Shown here in pieces: positions 28,210 through 40,100 of a stretch of 64,000 bases of DNA. A program made the position numbers and the translations under genes. The stretch spans positions 930,001 to 994,000 of the forward strand of contig MU008155.1 in assembly GCA_010909165.1 (NCBI GenBank). Direction: 5' to 3'. Source of the DNA: Anthoceros angustus (taxonomy: Eukaryota > Plantae > Anthocerotophyta). How positions within the stretch are numbered: position 1 is the stretch's first letter; each line of letters opens with the position of its first letter. The notes beneath the pieces were generated by a model. It was not told where the DNA came from. It saw nothing but the letters and a program-made list of their open reading frames with translations, and made no database searches.

Positions 28210-29419
28210 CGCTGATCCTCCCGAGCGCGAGAGCTAGCACTGAAAAACCGAGCCACCAGAGTAAGCCCCGATCAACCACGCAACGCAACGCAACGCAAGT
28301 CCAATTAACCATGCCCCTGACTTCCTCAACCAGTTCCACAGTCCCAATCCCACACTCCACACTTCCATTTCCCAAGACCAGATCAGGGCTGGACAGCTGC
28401 AGCTGCAGCTGCAGAACCGTGCGGCTCTGACCTAGTGCACTCCAATTGCCGCCACCACGCAGGCAAGTCGGCCGGGGCCCAAGCACAGCACCAAGCAGCG
28501 CAGATGAAACCGGCAGGGCCAATGAAATTGGCGCAGGATGCAGAAATCAGGTGCGTGCAACAGGCATGCAATCAGCTGGACGCGAGCAGGGCAGCGTACC
28601 GCAGTCGAGCGGCCGGCGATCGAGGGGGCGACGAGCGCGAACAGAGGGCGCAATCGAGAGCGTTTGCAAATGAAGAGGAAGCCTGTTTTCTTGCCGATAA
28701 AAAAGGGCGAGGAGTTGGCTTGGGAAGGACCGCCGTCCAGGAAGGCAAATTTTCTAGGACCGGCGTCCAGGGAGGCAAGTGCCCATTGGACGGCCGGGGC
28801 CAACCGTGGGCTCGAACCGGCAAGGCCAAGTGGAATGGCACCGGCGGGAACCAAGGGCAAGCCACCAGCAGTCACGACAGCAGCTCCAGGAGATTCTGGG
28901 CCTTGGCCAGCTGCCCGTTGCCAAAGGCAAAAATCCTTTTATAATTTCGTGCGACACGAATAAAAGGCCCCGCCAGAGATGCGTGCATCCCACTGATGAC
29001 ACGGTCACGAGCCCTGACGCCCGGTGGGCGACCCGGGGCCCGCACCCGTCATCTTCTCTCACAACAGTTCCTTGCGAAGCCCGGAAGGTTCGCTCATGGC
29101 GGACCTGTACAGGCAAAAGCCTGCCGTCTCACGGATGGTGATGGAGCTCTCACCTGCCCCATCGTGCCCGGCTCTTGCTCTCTTCACCGCCATCTCCTCG
29201 TACTGTGCACGAGAAGATGCTTCCTCGACGCACTGTGCGAAGGAGAGAGATGGAGGAACTGAACTCCTTCCTGCTCTGAAATGTGGCTGCCTCTACCTTC
29301 CTCCACCGGACGCTACTGTGCTGTGACGGGGAATAATGTTGTAGATAAACGTGTGTTATCTGAGTATGTACACCGGAGATGAACAGTGCAAAACCCCATC
29401 TGCCTGATGGGCAGCTCGG

Positions 29420-30262
29420 CTACAAGTATTGCTTGACGGCGTCCCTGAGGCTCGTCTTCTTCTTTGGCCTGGGCTGCACAGTGGTATCCGGAAGTGCATC
29501 GGTGCTTCCTGCATCCCCTGCAGAGGGAAGTGCAGCCGGAGCCGTGGTGGCGGTGGTGGTGGTGGTGGTGGTGGGTTGTGTGGTGTCCACGCTTCGGTCT
29601 GGCCTGAATGATGGCAGGAACATTCCCAGCATGTCATCAATCCCGGTCTCCGTCATCTCCACTCTGGTAGTTGGGGTTCGGGCTTCGGGCAGCACTGTTG
29701 CGGTAGGGTCGCTCACTTGCTCCACAGTAGCTGGTACGGGGGTATATTCTGCTGCCGGATGGCCCTGACTCAAATGGCTTCGCCACTGACTTGAGGAGAA
29801 CATGGACGTCGATTTCTTCTTGTTTTTTATGGGAGAGTCTGGCTTGGTTTGAACTTGCTCGCGGTCCGGCTCGTCGTCCTTCAGACTCGTCTTGTTCTCT
29901 TCCAAGTGCTGCGTGTGAAAACAAAGAGAACCTTTGTCAGTTATTCCACGAAACTCAATACTAGAAGGACAATGCTTGGTGATGAAGGGCTCAGTGTCGT
30001 GAGCTGCTACCTGCTGAGCCAAATATAATAAATCATCCGATGTCAAGTGCAGCCCCTTCGGTTTGGGCAGTTCATTCTCTGAGTGATCGCTTTCTTCCTC
30101 TTGAACCCGCTTTCTCGGCTTCCGGCCCCTCTTGGTTTCTGGAGATTGTGCTTTAGTTTTTCCTATAGATTCGTCATGGTCCCTCCTAACGTTTCCCTCC
30201 TGTTGTTGGAGCCGGCTTGACCTCCTTCCCCTCTCAGGTTCTTCTACCACAGCAGGCTCTTT
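29420..30262 (-). pseudogene. 5'-truncated duplicate of the SWIM-protein gene (3' half only)
   Basis: ORF 29420-30250 is near-identical to the 3' part of 32518-34497 and ends KTSLRDAVKQYL. Its upstream sequence is replaced by GAPCp intron 1. Confidence 0.85.
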
Positions 30263-32517
30263 CCAATACCTCCGATAAAGTCTCTAAGCTCAGCAGGGCA
30301 GAGAAGAAGCATCCTACGCAGGAGCGTCCTTCTCCGCTGTCTGCTATACTGGTCGTCAGAAGAGGTACGCAACAGCAGCAGCCCAGCAGCACAAGTACAG
30401 CCACAGCATGCAGAGGCACAGAACACTCACCGTGGCAAAGGAAGCCTGCACTCCATTCCGGCGGGCAGCGGACCCGGAGGCGATGAAAGCTTGCAGAAGC
30501 CTTGAGCCGCAACAGAAGAGTTGACCAGTCCGGCGGTAGCCATCGCTGATCCTCCCGAGCGCGAGCTAGCACTGAAAACCGAGCCACCAGAGTAAGCCCC
30601 GATCAACCACGCAACGCAACGCAACGCAAGTCCAATTAACCATGCCCCTGACTTCCTCAACCAGTTCCACAGTCCCAATCCCACACTCCACTTCCATTTC
30701 CCAAGACCAGATCAGGGCTGGACAGCTGCAGCTGCAGCTGCAGAACCGTGCAGCTCTGACCTAGTGCACTCCAATTGCCGCCACCACGCAGGCAAGTCGG
30801 CCGGGGCCCAAGCACAGCACCAAGCAGCGCAGATGAAACCGGCAGGGGCCAATGAAATTGGCGCAGGATGCAGAAATCAGGTGCGTGCAACATGCACCTC
30901 CTCATCCTCGTCCTCGTCTTCCTGGTTCAGGTCTTCTTCTGCACTCTCCCTGCCTCTCCTGCGTTCCTTAGCTGCCGATCCACACCTTGCTTCAAAGACC
31001 GCCTAGGCTGTTTTCAAGGACCGCCTAGGCTCTTTCCAATACCTCCGATAAAGTCTCTAAGCTCAGCAGGGGCAGAGAAGAAGCATCCTACGCAGGAGCG
31101 TCCTTCTCCGCTGTCTGCTATACTGGTCGTCAGAAGAGGTACGCAACAGCAGCAGCCCAGCACAAGTACAGCCACAGCATGCAGAGGCACAGAACACTCA
31201 CCGTGGCAAAGGAAGCCTGCACTCCATTCCGGCGGGGGCAGCGGACCCGAGAGGCGATGAAAGCTTGCAGAAGCCTTGAGCCGCAACAGAAGAGTTGACC
31301 AGTCCGGCGGTAGCCATCGCTGATCCTCCCGAGCGCGAGAGCTAGCACTGAAAACCGAGCCACCAGAGTAAGCCCCGATCAACCACGCAACGCAACGCAA
31401 CGCAAGTCCAATTAACCATGCCCCTGACTTCCTCAACCAGTTCCACAGTCCCAATCCCACACTCCACTTCCATTTCCCAAGACCAGATCAGGGCTGGACA
31501 GCTGCAGCTGCAGCTGCAGAACCGTGCAGCTCTGACCTAGTGCACTCCAATTGCCGCCACCACGCAGGCAAGTCGGCCGGGGCCCAAGCACAGCACCAAG
31601 CAGCGCAGATGAAACCGGCAGGGCCAATGAAATTGGCGCAGGATGCAGAAATCAGGTGCGTGCAACAGGCATGCAATCAGCTGGACGCGAGCAGGGCGGC
31701 ACCGCAGTCGAGCGGCCGGCGATCGAGGGGCGACGAGCGCGAACAGAGGGCGCAATCGAGAGCGTTTGCAAATGAAGAGGAAGCCTGTTTTCTTGCCGAT
31801 AAAAAGGGCGAGGAGTTGGCTTGGGAAGGACCGCCGTCCAGGAAGGCAAATTTTCTAGGACCGGCGTCCAGGGAGGCAAGTGCCCATTGGACGGCCGGGG
31901 CCAACCGTGGGCTCGAACCGGCAAGGCTGGTGGAATGGCACCGGCGGGAACCAAGGGCAAGCCACCAGCAGTCACGACAGCAGCTCCAGGAGATTCTGGG
32001 CCTTGCTGCCCGTTGCCAAAGGCAAAATCCTTTTATAATTTCGTGCGACACGAATAAAAGGCCCCGCCAGAGATGCGTGCATCCCACTGATGACACGGTC
32101 ACGAGCCCTGACGCCCGGTGGGCGACCCGGGGCCCGCACCCGTCATCTTCTCTCACAACAGTTCCTTGCGAAGCCCGGAAGGTTCGCTCATGGCGGACCT
32201 GTACAGGCAAAAGCCTGCCGTCTCACGGATGGTGATGGAGCTCTCACCTTGCCCCATCGTGCCCGGCTCTTGCTCTCTTCACCGCCATCTCCTCGTACTG
32301 TGCACGAGAAGATGCTTCCTCGACGCACTGTGCGAAGGAGAGAGATGGAGGAACTGAACTCCTTCCTGCTCTGAAATGTGGCTGCCTCTACCTTCCTCCA
32401 CCGGACGCTACTGTGCTGTGACGGGGGGAATAATGTTGTAGATAAACGTGTGTTATCTGAGTATGTACACCGGAGATGAACAGTGCAAAAACCCCATCTG
32501 CCTGATGGGCAGCTCGG

Positions 32518-34497
32518 CTACAAGTATTGCTTGACGGCGTCCCTGAGGCTCGTCTTCTTCTTTGGCCTGGGCTGCACAGTGGTATCCGGAAGTGCATCGG
32601 TGCTTCCTGCATCCCCTGCAGAGGGAAGTGCAGCCGGAGCCGTGGTGGCGGTGGTGGTGGTGGTGGTGGTGGGTTGTGTGGTGTCCACGCTTCGGTCTGG
32701 CCTGAATGATGGCAGGAACATTCCCAGCATGTCATCAATCCGGTCTCCGTCATCTCCACTCTGGTAGTTGGGGTTCGGGCTTCGGGCAGCACTGTTGCGG
32801 TAGGGTCGCTCACTTGCTCCACAGTAGCTGGTACGGGGTATATTCTGCTGCCGGATGGCCCTGACTCAAATGGCTTCGCCACTGACTTGAGGAGAACATG
32901 GACGTCGATTTCTTCTTGTTTTTTATGGGAGAGTCTGGCTTGGTTTGAACTTGCTCGCGGTCCGGCTCGTCGTCCTTCAGACTCGTCTTGTTCTCTTCCA
33001 AGTGCTGCGTGTGAAAACAAAGAGAACCTTTGTCAGTTATTCCACGAAACTCAATACTAGAAGGACAATGCTTGGTGATGAAGGGCTCAGTGTCGTGAGC
33101 TGCTACCTGCTGAGCCAAATATAATAAATCATCCGATGTCAAGTGCAGCCCCTTCGGTTTGGGCAGTTCATTCTCTGAGTGATCGCTTTCTTCCTCTTGA
33201 ACCCGCTTTCTCGGCTTCCGGCCCCTCTTGGTTTCTGGAGATTGTGCTTTAGTTTTTCCTATAGATTCGTCATGGTCCCTCCTAACGTTTCCCTCCTGTT
33301 GTTGGAGCCGGCTTGACCTCCTTCCCCTCTCAGGTTCTTCTACCACAGCAGGCTCTTTGGACGTATTTCTCACTCCTCCTTTTCCGAAGTATCTCAAAAT
33401 ACCACCAGGCCGTGCATCATGAATCTCGTCCGCCTCAGCTTTCCCCTTTTTTCTCATCCTTCTTCCACTGTGCCGTGCAACATGCACCTCCTCATCCTCG
33501 TCCTCGTCTTCCTGGTTCAGGTCTTCTTCTGCACTCTCCCTGCCTCTCCTGCGTTCCTTAGCTGCCCTGTGCCCTGGAGCAGCCTCGTCGGAGGCTGCTT
33601 CAGCCACCTCGGCATCATCCCCAACTTCATCCATTTCCTCATCACCTTCGTCAATTTTTACTCCTTTTCTGCCTCGTGGTCGTTGGGGTGCAGGTGGTGG
33701 CTTCCTGGCTGCTGTTCCTCGCTTCCGACTCTTGGGGGATTTCTCCTTATCCTCTCCGGCATCTTCCTTCTGTTCGGGAGACTCTAGCATCCACGCTGGC
33801 AGAACCCTGTACTTGGCAGCAATATCCAGAGCTTCGGCAGTTAAAGCGACAGGAGGCGTCACGTCCTTCACCTCCTCCTCTGCTGCAGGTTTGGCAGACA
33901 CGGTCACTGGTTCCACAGTAGTCGCCAGTACTTCCTTTTGTGCACACGCAGAGGCTCGGCTAGCACGGCCTCCTCCATCCTTTTCCAATTTCAACACCTG
34001 TGTTCAAATTGGCCAAACACCTGGATCTGCTTCAGGTAGAGCATCCACAGAAATCACTGCCGTCAACAAGGAACCAACGACAATACCAACAGCAACAGCA
34101 AGGGCACATGCTTACCTCCTCGACACGCTTCAACAAAAGTGCAACAACGTGTTTACATAACGCTGCCTTCGTTGCTGCAGGGCAAGAGCAGTGTGCGGAT
34201 GGAGATGCAGAGGAGCCCAAATCGATGGCGAAGCTCAGCTGGTAATTGTCGCCTGGACTTGAGCCTACAAAAGAAGGGGAGAAACTCAGCAGCCAGTCAT
34301 TGCAGCAAATGCAACAGGCATCCCAAGCCTGAAGAGTAAAAGGGCGTACCCTCACACATCCCCTTCCCTTCTTCCAAAGCCTCTCCTTCGAAGACAACAT
34401 TCTGCAGCTTGGCTGATGTCAGAATCTCTCTGGCTCGTTTGAAGGTGACATCCGGCACTAAAGCCTTCACCGATGCTACGGATCCAAATTTTGACAT
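32518..34497 (-). CDS. SWIM zinc-finger protein with a long charged low-complexity C-terminus
   Basis: Spliced N-terminus MSKFGS...TFKRAREIL...GMCE|GSSPGDNYQ...CSCPAATKAALCKHVVALLL (SWIM CxC...CxH). One indel near 32830 is corrected by the duplicate copy. Confidence 0.75.
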
Positions 34498-35010
34498 CCT
34501 TGCCCTACCCCTGGCAAGAGCCCCTGATTAAACCCGTCTGTCGTCACTGGAAGTCATCAAACCATAAGACAACAATAATTCTATCGCGCCCAAATGCCTC
34601 CGGCTCCTGCACAACTTTCACAAGATAGGAGCTCAATTGAATTCGGTTCATCGTCATCCAGCGTAGTCAATACCGTTATCAGCAATTAAACTCCACAAAT
34701 TGTCCTGGTCGATCCGGGCAAGTTGTACCAAGTCTTGCTTTTGCTTGAAAGATGGCAAGCTGGTGATTACCTGAGAAGAGGCAGGGCAGTGGTGACTCAG
34801 CCGGCTCCCCAGCGTCGTGTGATACCGCAAGATCACAACCCAACTCAAGATTCTTGGCCTTTGTCACTCTAAGAGTCCGGACTATCGATTGATCGGGTGA
34901 CATATATATTGGGAAATGGTTTCTAGGTCGTGAGCGCTGACCACGTTTACGGACATTGCAAGCGCAAATCGAATTGTGCAAATCGAATGTTGGGTCTGGA
35001 GTGATCGGAG
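34498..35010. promoter_or_regulatory. Putative bidirectional promoter between the SWIM gene and the METTL6-like gene
   Basis: Start codons at 34497 (-) and 35011 (+) are 513 bp apart, head to head. Positional inference only. Confidence 0.5.
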
Positions 35011-36872
35011 ATGGCTGCACCTGATTTAGCCCTCGTGGAAGATGGGCAGCTAGTGGAAGAAGTATCAAGACGTGCTGCGAGAGGGAAGCGTGATGCAGCA
35101 GCCGGTGCCTTTTACAGTCATGATTTCGATTGGGAGTCCCTTCGTGCGGAAGTCGAGAGCAAGGGCTTCCATGGATGTAGGCAGTCACGCTCTGGGTCAC
35201 TTCGTCACGTCCCTTCCATGTGTGTGTTCGCCGTCCTTGAATTTGACTGTTACGTGAGTTGCACTTTGACAGATATGAGCATGTACTCAGGCATGGACAG
35301 CAGGAATATAGCAGCTGAGGAAGACAACACGAGTGAGGAGCTTTTGAGGTCAACATCGTGGGAGGCATTTTACAGGCGTCATTCCAATGCTCTGTTCTTT
35401 AAGGTGGAAAAGCACATGTCACTGTGATGTAATTCTGGCACATATGGTTGTGCCTCTTACCGGGTTATACACACTGGTGTGGAACAGGAACGGAGGTATC
35501 TGCTGAAGGAATTTCCTGAACTGAGCAACGCAGCAAAACCCGTTTTAGTTCTTGAGATAGGATGTGGAACTGGTGGCTCCGTGGTTCCGATCCTGCGGTA
35601 GGCAAGTATGTCATGTGCTGATGTTGTGAGTTTTCAAATGTTGCAGTGCCTTGGAACGGGGGAGGTGCATGATGCCCACCTGTGGAACTGTTCCCAGGTT
35701 TAGTTTCCCACTTCAAGAGTCCTACAGACATGTATGGCTTATGCTGTTTTCCAGGGGTAACGATTCTGCCCATGTCTATGCCTGCGACTGCAGTCCGGCT
35801 GCTTTGGAGAGGGCCACAGCCGTGGTTCGCAATGAAGCCGGGCTTCTCAACCAGCAAAGCAGCCGGTTCTTTCCATTTTGTTGTAACCTCGCTGTCCAAC
35901 AGCTTCCCAGCTGGCTCTGTTGCAGTTCTTGCCAGGCCTCCTTTCAGAGGCCACCTGTCGCATTTTTGCCGCAAGGTGTGGAAGATCAACAGCCCAGATT
36001 TAAGGAGGTTGCCTTGTTAAGTTGCCAGTGGAAAGGCTCAGGTCAGCCTCCACAATCAGGTGTTATGACAGCAGAGAATTGTGCTCAAGGCCCACAAGGG
36101 AAACAGGAAGGAGCTCAGGCTGTAGAGGTGACAACCTATGTACCTCCGTGTGTTCAACAGGGCACAGTATGTTGCCTTGGAGGAGTTGATATGGTTACCA
36201 TGGTAAGCTTGCCCGCTTGCTGTGTCTCTCTATGGTTGTGAAGACTGCTGACTCCATTGCTCTTGCCAATCGACTTATGTTGATTTACCCTTTGCAAGGG
36301 AAGATTTTCACTTTGTCTGCAATGCGGCGGGAGAGTATGCCCTTTATTTTTAAGGAAATATTCAGGGTTATGAAACCTGGAGGACAACTTTTCTTTCGAG
36401 ACTATGGTAAGCTGACCATGCGATCGTCTCATGCATGCTACCACACAGTAGCCTGACTTTGTCACATGTGCAGGAGGTGCAGGTTCCTCGTTTCTTTATT
36501 TAAAGTACTCACGTGGTTCTCTGTTTCAGGTTTGTATGACATGACCATGTTAAGATTTCCGGCGACTCAAAGGATTGGGGAATGTCTATATCAACGCATG
36601 GATGGGACATTATGCTACTATTTTTCATGCCAAGCTCTTAGAGACCTTGCGACTGATGCTGGCCTTGTTGAGGTGAGATGTGGGCAGTCAGCTGGTGGCA
36701 TTTTGGTGTTTGTTGCTCTCAGAGTTCCTGATATCATCGCCGGCGTTCACAGGAGGAAATCTACTTCTGCTGTGTGCAGTTGATGAACCGCAAATCGCAA
36801 TGTCCGATGAAACGTGTCTGGATTCATGGCCAATTTCATAAGCCAGCATCGGTGGGGGAACAACCATGCTGA
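35011..36872 (+). CDS. METTL2/6-like (Trm140-like) tRNA m3C SAM-dependent methyltransferase
   Basis: Exons encode HDFDWE, WEAFYRRHSNALFFK, ERRYLLKEFPEL, VLEIGCGTG, VYACDCS, IFTLSA, KPGGQLFFRDYG, DGTLCYYFS and MKRVWIHGQF. Confidence 0.88.
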
Positions 36873-37124
36873 TGAGAGTCTGAGTTTTTGTCACATATGC
36901 TTTGTTAGAGTTCCCCTGTTCCCCATCTCTTTGTAGGTATTGAATAAAGCGACCCTGCCCTCGTAGGTGTTCATTTGGTTCCAATAGCTACTAGTGTTGT
37001 CCACAGATTTGTTGTGTTGGTGACGGCATTTTTGCATCAGGTTTCCAGCTCGCGTAGTTTCATCTTCCCGCGGATTCCCTCTCGCTTAGGTTTCACAGGG
37101 AGGGTGTCATTTAACGTACACGTT

Positions 37125-40100
37125 TTACAGCCGGACTGTTGTTAACAGCTCTACCAACCCTCTCATGCTGGGCCTTTCTCGAGGATTCTCGCGGGTGCAC
37201 AACAACGCTATCTTGAACACCAAGGCCATCTCGTGCGCATGCCCAGAGTTGTACTCTCTTCCGCTGCCATCAACTTCAAACAGACGGGGGTCCAGAATCT
37301 TAATTGGGCCCTTCCGCGAAGCACCCGATGTAAAGGCATCCCCAGCGTAGTCTGATGCCCAGCTCACAATGTTCAAGCCCTGGTCGATGAAGCTTGGGTC
37401 CATGGGCGCCTTTCCGGTCAAGAGCTCGAACAGGACTACCCCGAAGCTGTACACATCACTACGATCTGTGATTTTTAGGGTGAAGCAGTACTCTGGTACA
37501 AAACAAGTCCAGAGCATGTGTCAGTTCCTAGCCCAGGTTGGAGGAAGAAATGGGGGGCAGTGGAGGAGAACTTTTACCAGGAGCAATGTAGCCATAGGTG
37601 CCTGCGATGCCAGAGAATGTCGCAGCACTCCTCTCAGGGTCTGTTTCGATCAGTTTTGCTATTCCAAAGTCGGTGACCTTCGGCTCCAGATTTGCATCCA
37701 GTAATATGTTGTTGGACTTGATGTCGCGGTGAATGATACTTGGCTGGCAATCATTGTGGCAATAAGAAAGTGCCTGCGCGGTTCCCAGTGCTATCTTGTA
37801 TCTGCGCAGAGTGCATTCGATCATGTCAGAACATCAGACGCAGGGGCTGTTGCCAGAATTCGGGGTTGGATATAGTTGGTACCTTGCATCCCAATCCAGA
37901 TGCTTGATGCCGATTTCCGAGGGCTTGCCATGAAGAAGATCACCTAGACTGCCATTAGGCATGTACTCATAGATGAGGTAGCTCACATCTCCAACCCTGG
38001 AGAAGCCTAGCAGCTTTACGATAGACCTGTGCCTGATCCGTCCAGCAGTCTTGATCTCAGTCACATAGCTCTCGTACATGGCTAAGCCGGCTCTCGAGCT
38101 GCTGGATGCAGCGCTGAGTCGTATCTTCTTCACCGCTACCACGTTCTCTGTCTGAGGCAAGACAGTCCTGTAGACTACGCCGCATGCTCCTTGTCCCACA
38201 ATGTGATCGTCAGTCAGCTGTTCTGCGACTTCCCGGATGAGGTGTGCAGGGATGGCTTGAGTGAAGCTGAAGGTGACCTCTTTCTCTTCAGATGACAACC
38301 CGTTCCAGCCCAAGGGTTTGAGCAGCACGCCTCTGGAGTAGCATCCTCCTCGGATGCAAGCTACAACGCAGACAATGAGGCCAAGCAACAGAATGCAGCT
38401 GCCCAATATGATGCCCACCAAACCACCCGTACTTACGCTGGAAGCAGAAAAACGGAAAGCGTGGATGTGAGGAAGGCGGCTCTATGCTGCTTGAGCATGG
38501 ATTCGGAACGATCAAAAGCAGCCGACAGCTGGGTGGTGAGATGAACCTGTTATGACTTGAAGGAGCTGAAGGTGCAGCACACTGCTGCAGCAAGGCACCA
38601 CCGCACAGGCCAGGATTCCCCAGAAACGCGGAGGAGCCAAACCTGCTGGAGTTTGAGGGAAGAGAGCCACTGAGGTTGTTGTAGGATACATTAAGGGTTA
38701 AGAGACTTGGTGCATCTCCAAGTGCTTGAGGAACTTGTCCTGTACCAGCATTGGGCTAATCAGCACGATGGACACGCAAATCGTGAGGAGTGATACGTGC
38801 TGTGTGTGTTCGTACCTGAGAACTCGTTGTAGGACAGATCCAACGACTCTAAACGCAAACTGCTCCCAAGTGCCGGCGGAATTGCTCCTGGAAGTGCAGC
38901 GACAACCTCAGTGAGATGAATCCTAGAATGTTTACAGAGAGTCAGACATTCTCACAGAGGTAGACCCTGTGAAGAATTCACACCTGATAGGTTGTTGTGA
39001 GATAGATTTAAGTCCCTAAGACTCAGCATCTGAACAATTGCGTCAGGTATGTCTCCTGCAAACCCATGCGACCTGGCGAGGTCAGAACAGCGATGCATTG
39101 CCAGCTTTTCAGAACTATCCTCACACTGAAGCCTCAAAAGGAAGTAGTGTGCACACAAGCACCACCTGTGATAGCGTTGTTGGAGAGGTCAAGGTCTACA
39201 AGAGCTGTCAGCTTTTGAAGCAACGAGCTTGGGATTGTTCCTGACAGTTGGTTGAAGCTAAGATTTAAACCGATTTGCAGAGTTGATGGAAGCTGGCCAG
39301 GTAGAGGCCCACTGAGCTGATTTCCAGCCAGATTCAGGTGGAGGAGCTGCTCGGAGAAGCGAATTTCAGGACAACAGTCTGAGCTAGATTAGTATGGCTA
39401 TCAGTTCAAACCAAAAGATCAGAAGGATCCGACCGTGCAAAGATAGACATGATCACCTTTTGCAGACCACCGAGTTGAGCTGGAATGCCATTGGAAAATA
39501 GATTGTCGTGCAGGAGCAGGCTGTCCAAGTTTTGAAGATTACCAAGTTCTCCAGGGATACTGCCGTTGAAGGAGTTCCTACTAAGATCGAGCTTCACCAA
39601 GCCAGTGCAGTTTCCCATCTCTTTCGGGAGCTCTCCTGCTAGGGCATTTCCTGAGATGTTGAAAAACCCCAAGTTTTTGAGCCGCCGTATCTCAGGAGGA
39701 AGGGTCCCGTTCAGATTGTTGCCCTCTAGTGTAAGCCTTGTTAGGTTCGTAGCCTGTGTGAGAGAAACCTGGAACGGGCCAGTTATCCTGTTTCTGTCCA
39801 GCTCCAGGTAATTCAAGGCGGGGAGACGAGTCCCAAAATCTGAGGGTATGTCTCCTTCCAACATGTTGCCCCCCAGATTGACACGAAACAGCGATGAACA
39901 GTTGGATAGCTCGGGGGGAATAGTGCCATTGAGCAGGTTGTCACTGAGGGTCAGGTTGAGGAGCATTCCTTGTGTGCACAAGCTGCCAGGAATAGGACCC
40001 TCCAGTAGGTTGCTGTCTAGCGAAAGGGCTGACAAGTTGCAGTTCTTTCCCAAATCCGCAGGAATTCCTCCAGACAGCTGGTTTACACTCAGCAGGACGA

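Noticed and set aside
29096-29326. Short plus-strand ORF MADLYRQK...
   Set aside because: No recognisable motif, and its frame differs between the two duplicated copies.
35930-36180. Cys/Gln-rich insertion in the METTL6-like protein as a novelty
   Set aside because: From memory, plant homologs of this subgroup carry a variable insert ending CC.GGVD. I could not show it is unusual.
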